Origin: the human T2T-CHM13v2.0 reference genome, Homo sapiens | Strand: one strand, 5' to 3' | NCBI RefSeq assembly: GCF_009914755.1 | Contig: NC_060932.1 | Length of the DNA: 64,000 nucleotides | Part shown: in pieces, positions 50,476-64,000 of the stretch | Numbering within the stretch: position 1 is the first letter of the stretch | How the letters are laid out: each line of letters starts with the position of its first letter | Notes under the pieces: model-generated | Database searches by the model: none | What the model was told of the DNA's origin: nothing | Seen by the model: the letters and a program-made list of their open reading frames with translations, nothing else | Translations under genes and position numbers: made by a program

Positions 50476-53400
50476 TTAGTTCTAACAAGTGTTTTATTTA
50501 GTATTTCAGGTTTCTTTACATAAGATTATGTTGTCTGCAAACAACATAATTTTATTTATTCCTTTTTGAGTTGGATATTTTTATTTCTTTCTCTTGTTTA
50601 AATGTTCAGGTTAGGACCTCCAGTACTATGTTGAATAGAAATGCTGAGAGTGGGCATCCTTGTCTTGTTCCTGACTTTAGAGGAATGAGTTTAAACTCTT
50701 TGTCTTTGAGTATGATGTGAATTACGGGCTTGTCTTGTATGGCTTTTGTTGTGTTGAGGTACATTTCTTCTATACCTTGTTTGTTGAGAGTTTTTCATTA
50801 TAGAAGTATGTTGAATTTTGTCAAATACTTTTCCTTGATCTATGGAGATGATCATGTAATTTTTGTTATTCAATTTATTAATGTCACATGCTACATTGGT
50901 TGATTTGCATATATTGAATTATCCTTGCACTGCAGGGAGAAATCTTACTTGATCCTAAGTATGATTGCTGTAGTAATCTGCTGAATTTGGTTATCTGGTA
51001 TTTTGCTGGGAAGATTTGCACATATAATCATCAGGAATACTGCCTTTAATTTTCTTTTCTTATAGTATCCTTTTCTGGCTTTGGGATATGGGTAATGCTG
51101 GCATCATAAAATGATTTTGTAAGTATTCCCATATCTTTAACTTATTTGGTGGAATTTGAAAAGGATTGGTATTAATTCTTCTTTAAATGCTTGGTGGAAT
51201 GTGTACCTGTGGCCATCTGATCCTTGATTTCTCTCTGTTGGAAGCTTCTTCTTTTTTTTTTTTTAATCCTAGTTAAATCTCCTTACTCATTACTTGTTAG
51301 TTCATATTTTCTATTTCTTCATGATTCACACTTGGTAGGTTGTATGTTTCTAGAAATGTATCCATTTATTCTACACTGTGTAATTTGTGGGCATGTATTT
51401 GCTCATAGTAGTCTCTGATGATCCTTTGTATTTCTGTGATGTCATTTGTAATTTCTTATTCCATTTATAATTTTATTTACTTGAGTCTTCTCTCTATTTT
51501 TCTAGGTTAGTCAAGCAACAGGTTTGTCAAATTTTTTTAGTTTTCCCCAAAACTAACTCTTAGTTTTATTGATCTTTGCAATTGGTTTTTAGGCTGTATT
51601 TCATTTATTTCTTATCTGATTTTTTATTTACGGTTTTCTATTAATTTTCGACTAATTTTTTCATCTTTTTCTTATTCCTTGAGGTATAATGTTGGGTAAT
51701 TTATTTGATTTTTTTCTTTACTACAGGCATTTGTTGCTATAAACTTTCCTCATAACTGCTTTTGCTGCATCTCATAAGTTTTGGAATGTTGCGTTTTTAT
51801 TTTCATTTGTCTCAAGTTTTTTTTATTTTCTTTTGATCTGTTTTTTGACATATCGGTTGTTCAAGAGTGTGTTGTTTAATTTCCACGTTTGTGAATTTTT
51901 CTCTTGAAATTAATTTCTAGTTTTATATCATTGTGGTGAAAAAAAAATACTTGATGTAATTCCCATCTTAAATTTGTTAAGACTGACTTTGTAGCCTAAC
52001 CTGTGATATATACTATAGAATTGTCCATATGCACTTGAAAATAATGTGTATTCTGCTGCTGTTAGATGGAATGTTCTATATGTCTGTTAGGTCTATTAGG
52101 TCTGTAGTGTTATGTTTGCTGTTTCCTTATTGATTTTCTGTTTGGATAATCTATCTGTTGTTGAAAATTGAGTATCTAAGTTCCTTACTATTATTGTTTT
52201 GCTATCTATTTCTTCATTTAGTTCTTCAATTATTTGATGCTTCGGTGTTGGGTGTACATATATTTGCAATTGTTATATCCTTTTGATGAACTGACCCCTT
52301 CATCATTCTATAGTGATCATCTTTGTCTCTTGAGACAGTTTTTTACAAAGTATTTTGTCTTATATAAGTAGGGCCACTCTTGCTCTCTTTTGGTTATTCA
52401 TTTCCAAGAAATATATTTTTCTATCCCTTCACTTTTAGCCTACATAAGTCCTTAAAGCAGAAGTGAGTCTCTTGTAGGGGGCATATAGTTTAATCTTGAT
52501 TTTTTAAATCTATTTGCTCATTTTGTTTTTTGTTTGGAAAATTTAATCCATTTACATTACTATTGATGGTTAAGAATTACTACTGCCATTTTGTTAGTTA
52601 CTTTCTAATTGTTTTATGGTTTTTTGTTTGCTTTTTCTTCCTTTGTTGCTGCTTTTCTTTGTAATGTGATACTTAAAAAAAATAGTGGTATGCTTTGATT
52701 ATTTCCTCTTTTTCCCATGTAGATATATCAGTTTGTTCTCTGTGGTTACCATAGGGCTTACACAAAGCATCTTATAGTTTTAGTAGTTCATTTTAAGCTT
52801 ATAACAAATTCACTTAAGCCGCATACAAAAACTCTCTATTTTAACTTCTTTCATCCACATATTTTATGTTATTGATGTCAAAATGTACATAGTTTTATAT
52901 AGTGTATTCACTAACAAGTAATTATAGCCATCATTATTTTAATACTTTTGTCTTTTATCATTTACACTAGAGTAAGAAGTGATTTACGCACCATTATTGT
53001 ATTATTTGTGTATTCTGAATTTGATTATATCCTTCCCTTTACAGTGAGTTTTATACTTTCATATGTTTTCATAGTTGTCATTGTCTTTTGATTTCAACCT
53101 GAAGAACTTCCTTAAGCATTTATTGTAAGGCAGCTCTAGTGGTGATGAACTACTACAGCTTTTGTTTGTTTGGGAAAGGCCTTATCACTCTCCTTACTTT
53201 GGAAGAACAGACTTGTCGCATGTAGTATGCTTCATGGCCACTTCTTTTCTTTCAGCACTTTGAATATAATGTCCCCCACCTCTAGCCTGCTATGTTTTTG
53301 CTGAAAAGTCTGCTGATAGCCTTCTGGGGGTTTACTTGTATATGATGGGTTTCTGTTCTTTTGCTGCTTTCAAAATTTTTACTTTGTCTTTGACTTTTGA

Positions 53401-55818
53401 GAATTTTAGTATAATGTATCTCAGTGAAGTTCTCTTTATATTTAACATATTTGGAGTTCTTTGAAATTCATAGATCTGGATGTTCATTTTCCTCTGCAGA
53501 TTTGGCAAGTTTCCCATCATTGTTTTTAAAAATATTTTTGTACCTCTTTTTCTGCTCTTTCAATAATGCATATACTTGGTTGACTTGATGGTGACCCGTA
53601 ATTTCTTCACTGTTTTTTGTCTGTTTGTTTTTCTGACTGGGTAATTTCTAATGGCCTGTCCGTGATTCACTAACAAATGATTATGGCCATCATTATTTTA
53701 TTGTTTTTTTCTTTGAGCTTGCTTATTCTCTTTTCTGCTTAATTATATTGTGGTTATTTCCTTTAAAACATAGGGGTAGAGTAGCAATATAAAATATGCT
53801 TACATTTTCAAGCACCCTTTAACAGTGTATTAATTTTTAATAAAGATAAATCTACCAATAGAAGATATAAAGCAAGTTTTTCTGAGGCATAGGCGGTCTG
53901 ATATCTTTAAATTTTATCTGGTTCAAATTCTCAGAAGTTCCCGATCCCTTAGAAAAAGCACGCAAAGAGAAATCAACCAAGCACAAAATAGTGCTTCTTA
54001 CTGGCCCATTGGGCTAACAAATGAGGTGAATGTAAAATGCCACCTGACAAATTGCCACTCTTCTATTTGTACAGGTATTTGCATTGGATAGGCAGGCAAA
54101 GGTACATAAAGGGTCTTTACTTTATAATCTTGATTTGATGAAAGACCATTTTCTGCTGTTTTAGGGGTTAAGCATCACTTTCTCATACTGTTTAAAAAGA
54201 CCCAGTGGACTCCTGAGAGCCAGAGTTGATGACCCCATTGTGCCTCCTTGCTCAGTGTTTGAGAAATACGAAGTACTCTAGAAATACTACTCTTACCAGG
54301 TGATTTGAAGTCCATACACGTCATGATTTTTTCATATAAGGTGCACCTTTATTGCCTATGATTATTTCCCAAAGAAAATATATTATTGTGGAAGGGGCTG
54401 AGAGTTAAGATTTTATTCTCATCTCTGCACAGACTCGGTTGACCTTATGCAAGTAATAAAGTCTCTGAGCTCTGGTTTTTCAGCTGTTAAATAGAAAGAA
54501 TACCCTCTGCCTTTATAGTAGTATTGTCGTATATAAAAAAGGAAATGTAGAGGTAAAATTGCTTTAAAAGCAATTATGGGATGATACTTATAAATAACTA
54601 TATTTCAGTATTAAAATTGTATACTTTCTGTGGTCTTACCAGATACATTCTGAAAAGTATGCAAGTAGTCTAACCTGTAAAATTAATGGAAGTTTGTTTA
54701 TTCAGTGCCAAGAATATTCATTAGTATTCAATAAAGATGAAAGTAAATACCAAGTAAGGCAGTTAGCTATGAATTAGTTAAGCAATGAAAGAGGTAGCTC
54801 TATAAATAATTATTCTAATTATGGAACATAAACATCAAGGACCCATTAGACCCCTATACCCATATGGAAAGGGAAAAAATTCCTTCTTTGAGGGTTAGAA
54901 TTAACACAGAACTTTTCTTGTACACTAAGAGTGGAAAATTCAGGGATCAATATGAAGAAGGAGACCAATTACAAAGCCAAAAATATATTTTTTAAAAAAG
55001 CTTAAAATCTTTTTATTGTGAGTTATAAGTATGTTGATCACTAAAAGCTATTGAAAGGGCTATTAATGCCAGGCAACTATGGTACCAAAACTAGATCTGA
55101 GTCTTCTAAAAATAAAAAATAATGTAAAATAAAATAATCATTTTCTTCTATCTTAGGAAAATATAATAATATTGAAAATTAAAGATTAATGAGGAAGGTC
55201 CCAATTACATGCAGGTGCTTTTATTTCACATCTTGAATATATTTACTGCAGTTGAAATCACTTAAAATGCTACTAATAAATAAAATTTTAACTTTTATAT
55301 AAAACTATAAGTAACAGACATATAATATATTATCTTAGAGTACATTATCCACAATGAATGTGTAAATGTTTTTGTAATACAGTCATAATCAAGAAATTTC
55401 TGACTAGAAATAATCAAAAAGTAAACATGGAGCCTATAAAATAATTTTTTAAAGAACACAACATATGTTATAAAGGCCAATATACTGGCAAGTAGTAAAG
55501 CATGACACAAGCTCATTTATCCTGTAAGTTAAGGTTCATCCATATAGTTTTTAAGGCAGAAATTCTCACTAAGATCATATTTTGTTGATATAACAAAACT
55601 CAGCCAGTTGGACCCAGCATCATTCCTTGTCACGCTAATTACTGACTTTTTATCTATCCTAATCCGGGTTATAATGCGTTCCCTGGAAAGACTAGAAAGA
55701 AAGGTCTGGAGTAATGCTACTTCTGCAAAGTTTTCACCTATTTTTTAATCCTTTAAGGAGAACTATTTCTGTAAAGTCTTAGTAGATGGCAAAACTAGAA
55801 AATCATATATGAATACAG

Positions 55819-56399
55819 TGTTCTTGTCCCTTCTTGCATTGCTGTAAAGAAATCTCCTTACAGATATTGCTTTTTAAAATAAAAAGTTAAAAAAAACCAT
55901 GACTTTTCTTTCCTATGAGGCATTGAGTGCAAACTTAGAATTTGTGACTCAAAGGTGGGTTTCTGCCTCTTGCTTATGTGTCTCCCTGCTTATCTCCTTA
56001 CAGATATTGCTGTAAAGCAATATCTGAGTCTGGGTGATATGTAAAAAACAAGAGGTTTAATTGGCTCATGGTTCTATAGTCTGTACAGGAAGCATAGCTT
56101 CATCTGCTTCTGGGAAGGCCTTAGGAAGCTTACAATTATGGCAGCAGGTGAAGGGGGAGGAGGCAAGTCACAGGGCAAAAACAGGAGCAAGAGGGTGGGG
56201 GAAGACACACAGTTTTAAAGAACCAGATCTTGTGAGAATTTCTTCACTCTTGTGAGGACAGCACCAAGAGGATGGCACTAAACCATTTACAAGAAATTCA
56301 CCCTCATGATCCAATCACCTCCCACCAGGCCTCGTGTCCAACACTGAGGATTACATTTCAACATGAGATTTGGCAGGCAACAATATCCAAACTGTATTA
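55819..56399 (-). mobile_element. MST-type MaLR solo LTR interrupted by a complex insertion
   Basis: ttcttgcattgctgtaaagaaat...agaggtttaattggctcatggttct...atttcaacatgagatttgg...atatccaaactgtatta; perfect 5-bp TSD tacag (55814-55818, 56400-56404). Confidence 0.92.
55897..55989 (-). repeat. 93-bp inverted copy of 57267-57359
   Basis: ccatgacttttctttcc...tgtgtctccctgc is the reverse complement of gcagggagacac...gaaaagtcatgg, with one mismatch. Confidence 0.97.
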
Positions 56400-56649
56400 T
56401 ACAGAAGCCACACATGGTGGCTGTTTGATTCAGATTAACAAGTGTTCTTGTCCTAGTTGACATCACACTGACCTCAGTGAGCCACTTGGTAGACAAATAT
56501 GCAGAAATCTTATCAATGTTAACTTTTAAGAGACCACCTCATCTCATGCCCGAAAAAGAGGGAAGTGGCAACCATGTTAACAGCAGATCCACTTTCTTTC
56601 TTTCCTTCTTTTGTTCCTTATCTCTTCAGTCATAAAGTCAAAACACTGT

Positions 56650-56875
56650 AGTACCTGTACTCTCAAGAGGAGACAATATTGCCCAAAAGGGGTGATAATT
56701 GCTTCTTTAGTGGGGAAGGGTCTTAAACATTACTCCAAGGAGTCACAGGACATAAACATATATAATAACATCTGTGGTATTTAAATTAAATGGGACGGGG
56801 TGATTAAGGGGGAAAAGGTCTAAAAGGCTCCTTCCTCCCATCTCAAGTAATGAATAAGTGGTTGAGAAATATTGT
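56650..56875. mobile_element. Possible hAT-Charlie (MER20/MER5-like) MITE relic
   Basis: TIR-like ends (..tactctcaa... / ...ggttgagaaatattg) around ~220 bp; family not certain. Confidence 0.4.
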
Positions 56876-57631
56876 GCAGTATAACAGAGAAAAAATGACC
56901 AAACATTTATTCATCTTGTTCCAGTTTTAAAATTAAATAAAATGCAATTTAAAAGTATAAATGGCTAATGCAGTCTGAAAGTCACTAAGGTAGGCAATCA
57001 ATGGGAAAAAAATTATGTGCTGAAGGGGATATAATTGCCATTTGTTAAAAATGATGAAAAGCTGATTATTCATTGGAATGTATAAACTGCTAAAAATAGG
57101 GCACTTTTAGAGCTGGAGTATGCATAATGCTATGGAATCCCTTCCTGGTGAAAGAATTGTGGCGTACAATGCAGTAAGTGAATAAGTTGGTATTTGATTT
57201 GTTTAGGGGATGAATCATGAGAGAAGAGTCCAGAACCAGAGACATCCCCAGGTAGTATTAACTGGGGCAGGGAGACACATAGGCAAGAGGCAGAAACCCA
57301 CCTTTGAGTCACAAATTCTAAGTTTGCACTCAATGCCTCATAGGAAAGAAAAGTCATGGACATTCCAATCAGAATGTCCTGTGGTCTCCTTGCAGCTTAT
57401 TGTTTTGGTACCATTGAGTGGAGACTTAAGTTCAGAAATCTGTTTGGGTGTTTCCTGATCAGCAAGTTACAACATGAATCTTGGTGAGTTTTAACTTTTG
57501 CAAGCGAAGCATAATGATGATTGAGATTGAAAGATCAAATCATTGCATTAATGTTTGAACTGTGATATTAAACTAAAGTCTTAGGAGCTATTCAACACAG
57601 ACTAATAATGGCTTAAAAAAATCCATCCTGG

Positions 57632-57925
57632 GGCTGGGCACGGTGGCTTGCACTTGTAATCCCAGCACTTTGGGAGGCTGAAGCGGATGGATCACAAGGT
57701 CAGGAGTTCAAGAACAGCCTAGCCAAGATGGTGAAACCCTGTCTCTACTAAAACTACAAAAATTAGCTGGGCGTGGTGGCAGGCACCTGTAATCCCAGCT
57801 ACTCAGGAGGCGGAGGCAGGAGAATCACTTGAACCTAGGCCTCAGAGGAGTAAGCTGAGATCACACCACTGCACTCCAGCCTGGGTGACAGAGTAAAACT
57901 TCGTCTCAAAAAAAAAAAAAAAAAA
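57632..57925 (+). mobile_element. AluS (Sg/Sx-like)
   Basis: Sense dimer with A18 tail; flanked by aaaaaaatccatcct / aaaaatccacctt. Confidence 0.95.
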
Positions 57926-57933
57926 TCCACCTT

Positions 57934-58279
<346 letters not shown>

Positions 58280-58449
58280 TCATTGCCTCCTACCATTGTC
58301 CATGGATTAGCCATGATCCAAGAGCCAGTCAGAATAACAAAAATTGGGGACAACCAAGGCTTCTGATTCTACATCATATTTTCCTGTCCCTTTGATGAAA
58401 AGGCTTATAAATAAAAATATAGAAACAAAAAGACTCTGTTGTCAAACTC

Positions 58450-59410
58450 CCCACCTGACATGTCCATTTGGATGTTTATTGGATGTCTAAATAAACATAT
58501 TCAAAACTGAATTCCTTACATTCTGCCTTCTAAATTTGATATTTTTGTCATCTTCCTCATATCTGTTAATGATGGCTCTTCTTCTAGCTGATCAGGCCAA
58601 AATCCTTGCTTTTAATCTTGACTTTCCTTTCATATACTGTATTGAGTTCCTTATAAAAATCCATAGATTTTACCTTCAAAATATGTCCTAAATTTGTCAC
58701 TTATTCACACTCCCACTGTGACTCTCTGGTCTATGCCACCATCAGCTCTCACCTCTATGGTTGCCTTTGTCTCCTATCCAGTTTTTTGTTTCTACCTTTG
58801 CCCACTCAAATCTGTTTTAAACAGAGAAGCCAAATGATCTGTTAAAACATGTCAGATCATGTTACTCCTTGGCTCAAAACTCACGAATAGCTTCCATCTG
58901 AGAGTAAAAGTGAAATTCTTACTATGCCCTTAATCCTGTTCCCCCAGACACACACACATGCCTCATCTCTTAATATTCTTCTCTTAGCTCTCTCCAGTCT
59001 GGTTCCACCACCTTCCTTGCTGTTTCTCAGACTTTCCAGGGAGGGTCCTGTCTCAAACCTTTGCATTTGCTATTCCCTCTTCCTGGGCTGATCTACTCTC
59101 AGATTCCTTCATGGCTCATTCCCCCTCTTCCATCATGCTTTTTCTCAAAAATCACCTTCTTGTCTACTCTAAAATCTTATTCTCCCTCCCTGAGCACCAT
59201 CTCACTCATGGAATTTTATCCCCTTTTCCACACTTTAATATTTAATTTCTTTCTAAAAGGTATACATTTTTTTCTGTCTCATTTCTGCCAGTTTTCTACT
59301 ACTGGCATGAGAAAGGGAAATTTTGTTTATTTCATTCAATATGAATCTCCATCACCTAGACCTGTGTCTGCCACATAACTGACACTCTAAATAATCATCA
59401 AATAAATAAA
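58450..59410 (+). mobile_element. L2 (L2a-like) 3' region
   Basis: catgtccatttggatgt...tcaaaactgaattcc; tcaggccaaaatccttg; aaacatgtcagatcatgttactcct; cctttgcatttgctattccctct; cctagacctgtgtctgccacata...aataaataaa. Confidence 0.85.
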
Positions 59411-61569
59411 TATATTTTTAACAATTCTCTTTATTAGCCCTGATTCTAAAGTTTGTCCAGTTCATCTAGCAGATGAGAATGCAGAATTTGGAGACATTTT
59501 TAAAAGTGATTTTATTAATTTTGATCTGCCTTATCTATGTTTCAGCTCTCTGTAGAGGGACTTCAATTGCATTAATTCAGGGCTTGTTCCAAGTAGACAA
59601 CTTTTTTAATCCTGTTGGGCTATGAGTCAATTCCTGGGTCTAATTACCTCTTTCTATTAGGTTCTATTTCACCTGTTTGGAGTCAAGAAAACTGGAGTCG
59701 CTTTGATTGCCTTTACCAAATTCCATCCAGAACATCAGGAAAAGACTCCCCTGTGGTCTTACAAGAAGGTTAGATTACAGTGTTCAACTACCCTAGGCTA
59801 CACAATTTAACTGCATTAGCAATTGCTTTTATTTCCATTTTTTTTTTCTGCTGCTGGGGAGAAATTATGCCTTTGGGTTTTGAAACTGGCTGATGTAGCC
59901 AGAGTCTTCCACCTGCTCCCTCATGTCCTGCAACTGCTGCATATAACACAGAAATTTTCGGGCCAGTGAACCCTAGCTGTAAATACCTCCCTGTGTTTGT
60001 GATTGGAGCAGGTGAGGACCACAGCTGACACTCAGAAGAAACAGGAAGGACTGAGAGGAGCACAGATGCTATAAAGAGGTCTCACTTTGTTAAGTCTTAG
60101 AGAACCTGGCAGATGGGCTGGGCTTGAAAGGGGAAATGGTACAGATCTGGTTCAGAAGCTGTACTGAGCTAAGAGATTCAGAGACTGGATCATGTTAGAC
60201 TGCATGTTTATCCAGAATTATCTGAGATTACATAGCCAGGGAGTAAAATCTGAATTGTGATCACAAAGAACATCTGTGGTCATAGCCAGGAAAACAATGC
60301 TGAGCTCCAAATATTTTGAGTGAAGACAGAAATGGAAGAAGAAGAAGAAATCAAATGGGTAGTGGTGCATAGCAAAGGTAGTGCAGGCAGTTCATAACTA
60401 AGAATGTGAATCATGAGAGGGTGCTCGGTACCTGCTTTTACAAATACGAGCATTATATAAGCATATTTATCCTTTTAGTAATGACAGAAATAAGCAATTC
60501 CCTCCTGGAATTAGGTGGGGCAGTGCCACTATTTCTGAAAAACCATTACCTGAAGTCTAGTATCTCAGTGGTTGACCTCCAATGGATACAGAGGGTACAA
60601 ATCCACTGTAATCTTGGTAGAAAGCTTTCATAGGAGGCTGCATGACTGCATATAAGATGTATTTTCCCTTTAATATCAGGCAGGTTCCCAAAATCTCCCA
60701 TAGTTCTGCCCCCTTAACACTGAATAAACTGATTGATCAAAGCATTTTGCACAAGGAACCCAAGAAGCATTCTATCAAAGTTACGAGAGGTATTGATGGA
60801 GTCTAGGGCAGTGGCGAAAACTGCAGATTGAATTTTCATCCTATGCCTGACCATTAATTGTGTGACCCATGCTTTCAGTTTGCCAAATAACATTTTTGCC
60901 CAGTACCAGTACCTTGGTGATCAAGTGTAAGAATTTCACAGCTCCATTCGAGCTTTTCCTTGGCTAGTTATGTGGGCTTGACATTCACAGCACTTTGGTT
61001 CTGTCAGAAATAGCATCCAGGAGCTAAAGGAGAACAGAGGAGAATACTCCCTGAAGGTGATCTAAGTGCATGTAGCTTATGGGGTAATATAAACAGCATT
61101 TAGGCATTGAGTTAATGTTGTCATAGAAAGGGTAATGGTCAACACTGCAGGTCTGGTTCAGACTTTTTGTGTCAAAATCCTTTTTAGCCACTACTTGACC
61201 TTGGTCAAGTCATTTTTAGACATTTAGCCACTTAGTCCTTTTTATCCATGAAGTCACTAGTTGATGTGGTCAAGTCATTATTGGATACGTATGAAAGGAA
61301 TCCAATAATCAAGTGTGAATTCAACATTAAAAATGAGAAAACTGGGAACATATTCAGGAGCCAAGGAAGAATATCAGGAGACATTTAAGGTGTGGTTCAA
61401 TGCTAAACTGAGCTGAAAGCATGAGATTCAGGGTTGATGTCTCAATTTTACATGGTGCCAGTTCTATACCACCATCTGTAGCACCATGGTGCCCGTTCTG
61501 TGCACCATCTGTGCAAGATGTAGCAGTTTAATGAACCTAAAAGTTGACATATAGAAGAGTTAAGTATAT

Positions 61570-61800
61570 GCAACCAATAATATGTACTAGCATCCGTGGA
61601 GCCTTTACATATGTGCCAGGTACTATGCTAAGTTAATGATACCAGTTCTGTGAGATAAATACAATTATTCTCATTTTATGAATAATTGATATTTAAAATT
61701 TTAAGTAATTTTCCCAAGGCCTACAGCTAGCTTTGAAAAATCCAGGAAAAAACACAAGACAGTCTGATTCAAAATCCCATGTTCATAGTCACTAGAGCAT
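61570..61800 (-). mobile_element. MIR
   Basis: tatgtgccaggtactatgctaag...ctgtgagataaatacaattattctcattttat...aagtaattttcccaaggcctacagctag...cagtctgattcaaaatccc. Confidence 0.75.
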
Positions 61801-62719
61801 ACCACATCATACCATGGCACGGAACAAAAGGCAAGTGGCAATTGTTAGAAATTTGATCAGAAAAGTCACATGTGTCTTGTAATTGAGAGAAGGTGGTTAT
61901 GACATGGGCTTTGTGTCCCAAAAATCTACTGTTTTTCCTATGAACCAATCAGAAACAAGAGTGCTATTGTCAGAGAACTATTAAAGGTAAGCTCATTTCA
62001 TGTTCTATGTTTCTCATCTGTAAATGAATATAGATGCTCATTTTTAACAATGACTGTCTCTTCTAATATTTTCACAAGTGTTAGGCAGGTGTTATCCTAT
62101 AAATAAAATATAACTAGGAAAATAAGAGGCTAAAAGTTAATAGCTTTGAGTTGAAGCATCAGTCACCCCTCTAGAAGAACAAAAACACAGAGAAGATACC
62201 CTAGAGAGAAAAAATAACAAAACCAAAGTCTCGGGGTCTGAGTTCCAGTGGAGGAAAACACAACTTCAGGTCAAGTAGGGCATTTTAAGGGAGGGAGAAA
62301 GGAGGAGAAATGAGAGAAGAAAACTGACTGAGCAGACTGAGCTCCTTGAAAAATTATTATTTCAACTACCAGTATATGGTAGCAATTAAGAATGTGGACT
62401 TTGATGTCAGCCACACTTATTCATACAATATTTCTTTTAAAAGAGTTCCTGGAGGTTAGAGAGGTTCCTAAAGAATTTTATTATGAAATGGAAAAGGTTA
62501 TGGTCATTGAGACAAAACTGGAACATTTCTCTCCGATATATACATTCACTAAATCACATACATAAACACTCAAATACATTTATAATAATTTTCAATACCA
62601 ATATTTTACTAAGAGTATGCTATTAGCTTCTTTTTAGCTATAATTTATCATCATTTCCCAAATATTTTTTTATCAAGCCTTTTTCAGGATGGATAATAGC
62701 GAAATATATTTTTAGCTAA

Positions 62720-63023
<304 letters not shown>

Positions 63024-63506
63024 GCTAATCCAGTAAACTTCTAAAAAGTGATGCTCATCCTTATCCAGAGGGCCACTTCAGTATTCCAACAGATGTTTTG
63101 TCTTTTTAAAAATGAGGCAAACATAAATTAACTCCTGTCCCATGCAGCTGTTTGTGAGAACTCTGACTGGCCTGGGGACACAACTGTTGACCTCATTGCC
63201 CTGTGGTATTTCCAAGATAACCAGCTCTCCTGCATCTGCTCAAAAGGTCTCCATTTGGGGAACTTGCCCTTTCCCGTACACTGTCTTTGTTTGTTCTCAA
63301 CTTTCAGCTTTCAGTCGTGGATTCAATTCTTGAGTTTATTGCCAATACCTTCACATTTACATTTCAGGATTAAGCAATTTTCTGTGTAACTGCTGTTTCT
63401 CCCTTCTGAAATTTATCTTAGTAATTGCTTAATTCATTTTTTTTCAAACCTATGTCTATGCAGAACTTCATGCCAAAATCCATTCATTTGGATCTCACAA
63501 CTGATA

Positions 63507-63803
63507 TTTTCTTTTCTTTTTTTTTCTTTTTTTTTTGAGACTGAGTCCCGCTCTGTCACCCAGGCTGGACTGCAGTGGCATGATCTTGGCTCACTGCAAC
63601 CTCTGCCTCCTGCGTTCAAGTGATTCTCCTGCCTCAGCCTCCTGAGTAGCTGGGATTACAGGTGCCCGCCACCACACCTGGCTAATTTTTGTATTTTTAG
63701 TAGAGACAGGGTTTCACCATGTTGGTCAGGGTGGTCTCGAACTCCTGACCTCATGATCCACCCACCTCAGCCTCCCAACGTGCTGGGATTACAGGTGTGA
63801 GCC
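63507..63803 (-). mobile_element. AluSg-like, about 11 nt 5'-truncated
   Basis: Antisense dimer ending at gtgagcc; TSD ctcacaa(c/t)tgat at 63494-63505 and 63803-63814. Confidence 0.94.
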
Positions 63804-64000
63804 TCACAATTGATTTCTAGTAGATGTATCTTTGATTCCTATCCCAGTCATACTCCTAACCTTATCACCTGGCTGCATGTATTCCTTGCCTATTTTCATT
63901 CTAGGGAGAGCACCTTATGACTTAATATGAAAACATATATTACATATATATAGTCCAACTGCCACCAATATATGCATTCCTGCTAAAGAAAGTATAATGC

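Noticed and set aside
55817-56453. 13-bp repeat agtgttcttgtcc at 55817 and 56441 as the LTR's TSD
   Set aside because: MaLR TSDs are 5 bp and a perfect tacag pair flanks the LTR. The 13-mer overlaps the LTR terminus and may be chance or a minor conversion.
63142-63333. ORF beginning MQLFVRTLTG, resembling the ubiquitin N-terminus MQIFVKTLTG
   Set aside because: Similarity stops after 10 codons; no downstream ubiquitin motifs (no LRLRGG), poly(A) or TSD. Most likely chance. A tblastn with ubiquitin/FAU would settle it.

Overview
Non-coding, AT-rich primate genomic DNA, very probably human because it carries an AluYb-lineage element with the diagnostic 7-bp duplication. It looks intronic or intergenic and is dominated by interspersed repeats: about 17 Alu/FLAM/FRAM copies, several L1s of different ages, a full-length MST-type MaLR provirus, solo MST/MER41/MLT LTRs, Tigger/MER44 DNA transposons, MIR/L2 relics and microsatellites. 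I found no credible host protein-coding exon, RNA gene or CRISPR array. The listed ORFs are L1 ORF1/ORF2 debris, Alu or simple-repeat artefacts, or a VNTR-generated frame. I see no evidence for a wholly new biological system. The most unusual things are mechanistic scars: (1) a young ~0.8 kb polyadenylated insertion with a perfect 15-bp TSD but no L1/SVA body (orphan transduction or 3'-end retrocopy, 39107-39932); (2) a 93-bp inverted templated insertion inside an MST LTR, copied from 1.3 kb away; (3) a twin-primed L1PA nested in an older L1M that is itself inverted; (4) an 11x48-bp VNTR inside an LTR that creates a 219-codon ORF; (5) a candidate recursive splice site; (6) several further small templated duplications and re-used Alu target sites. 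Subfamily names come from recalled consensus features, not from a database search, and boundaries of old repeats are approximate.
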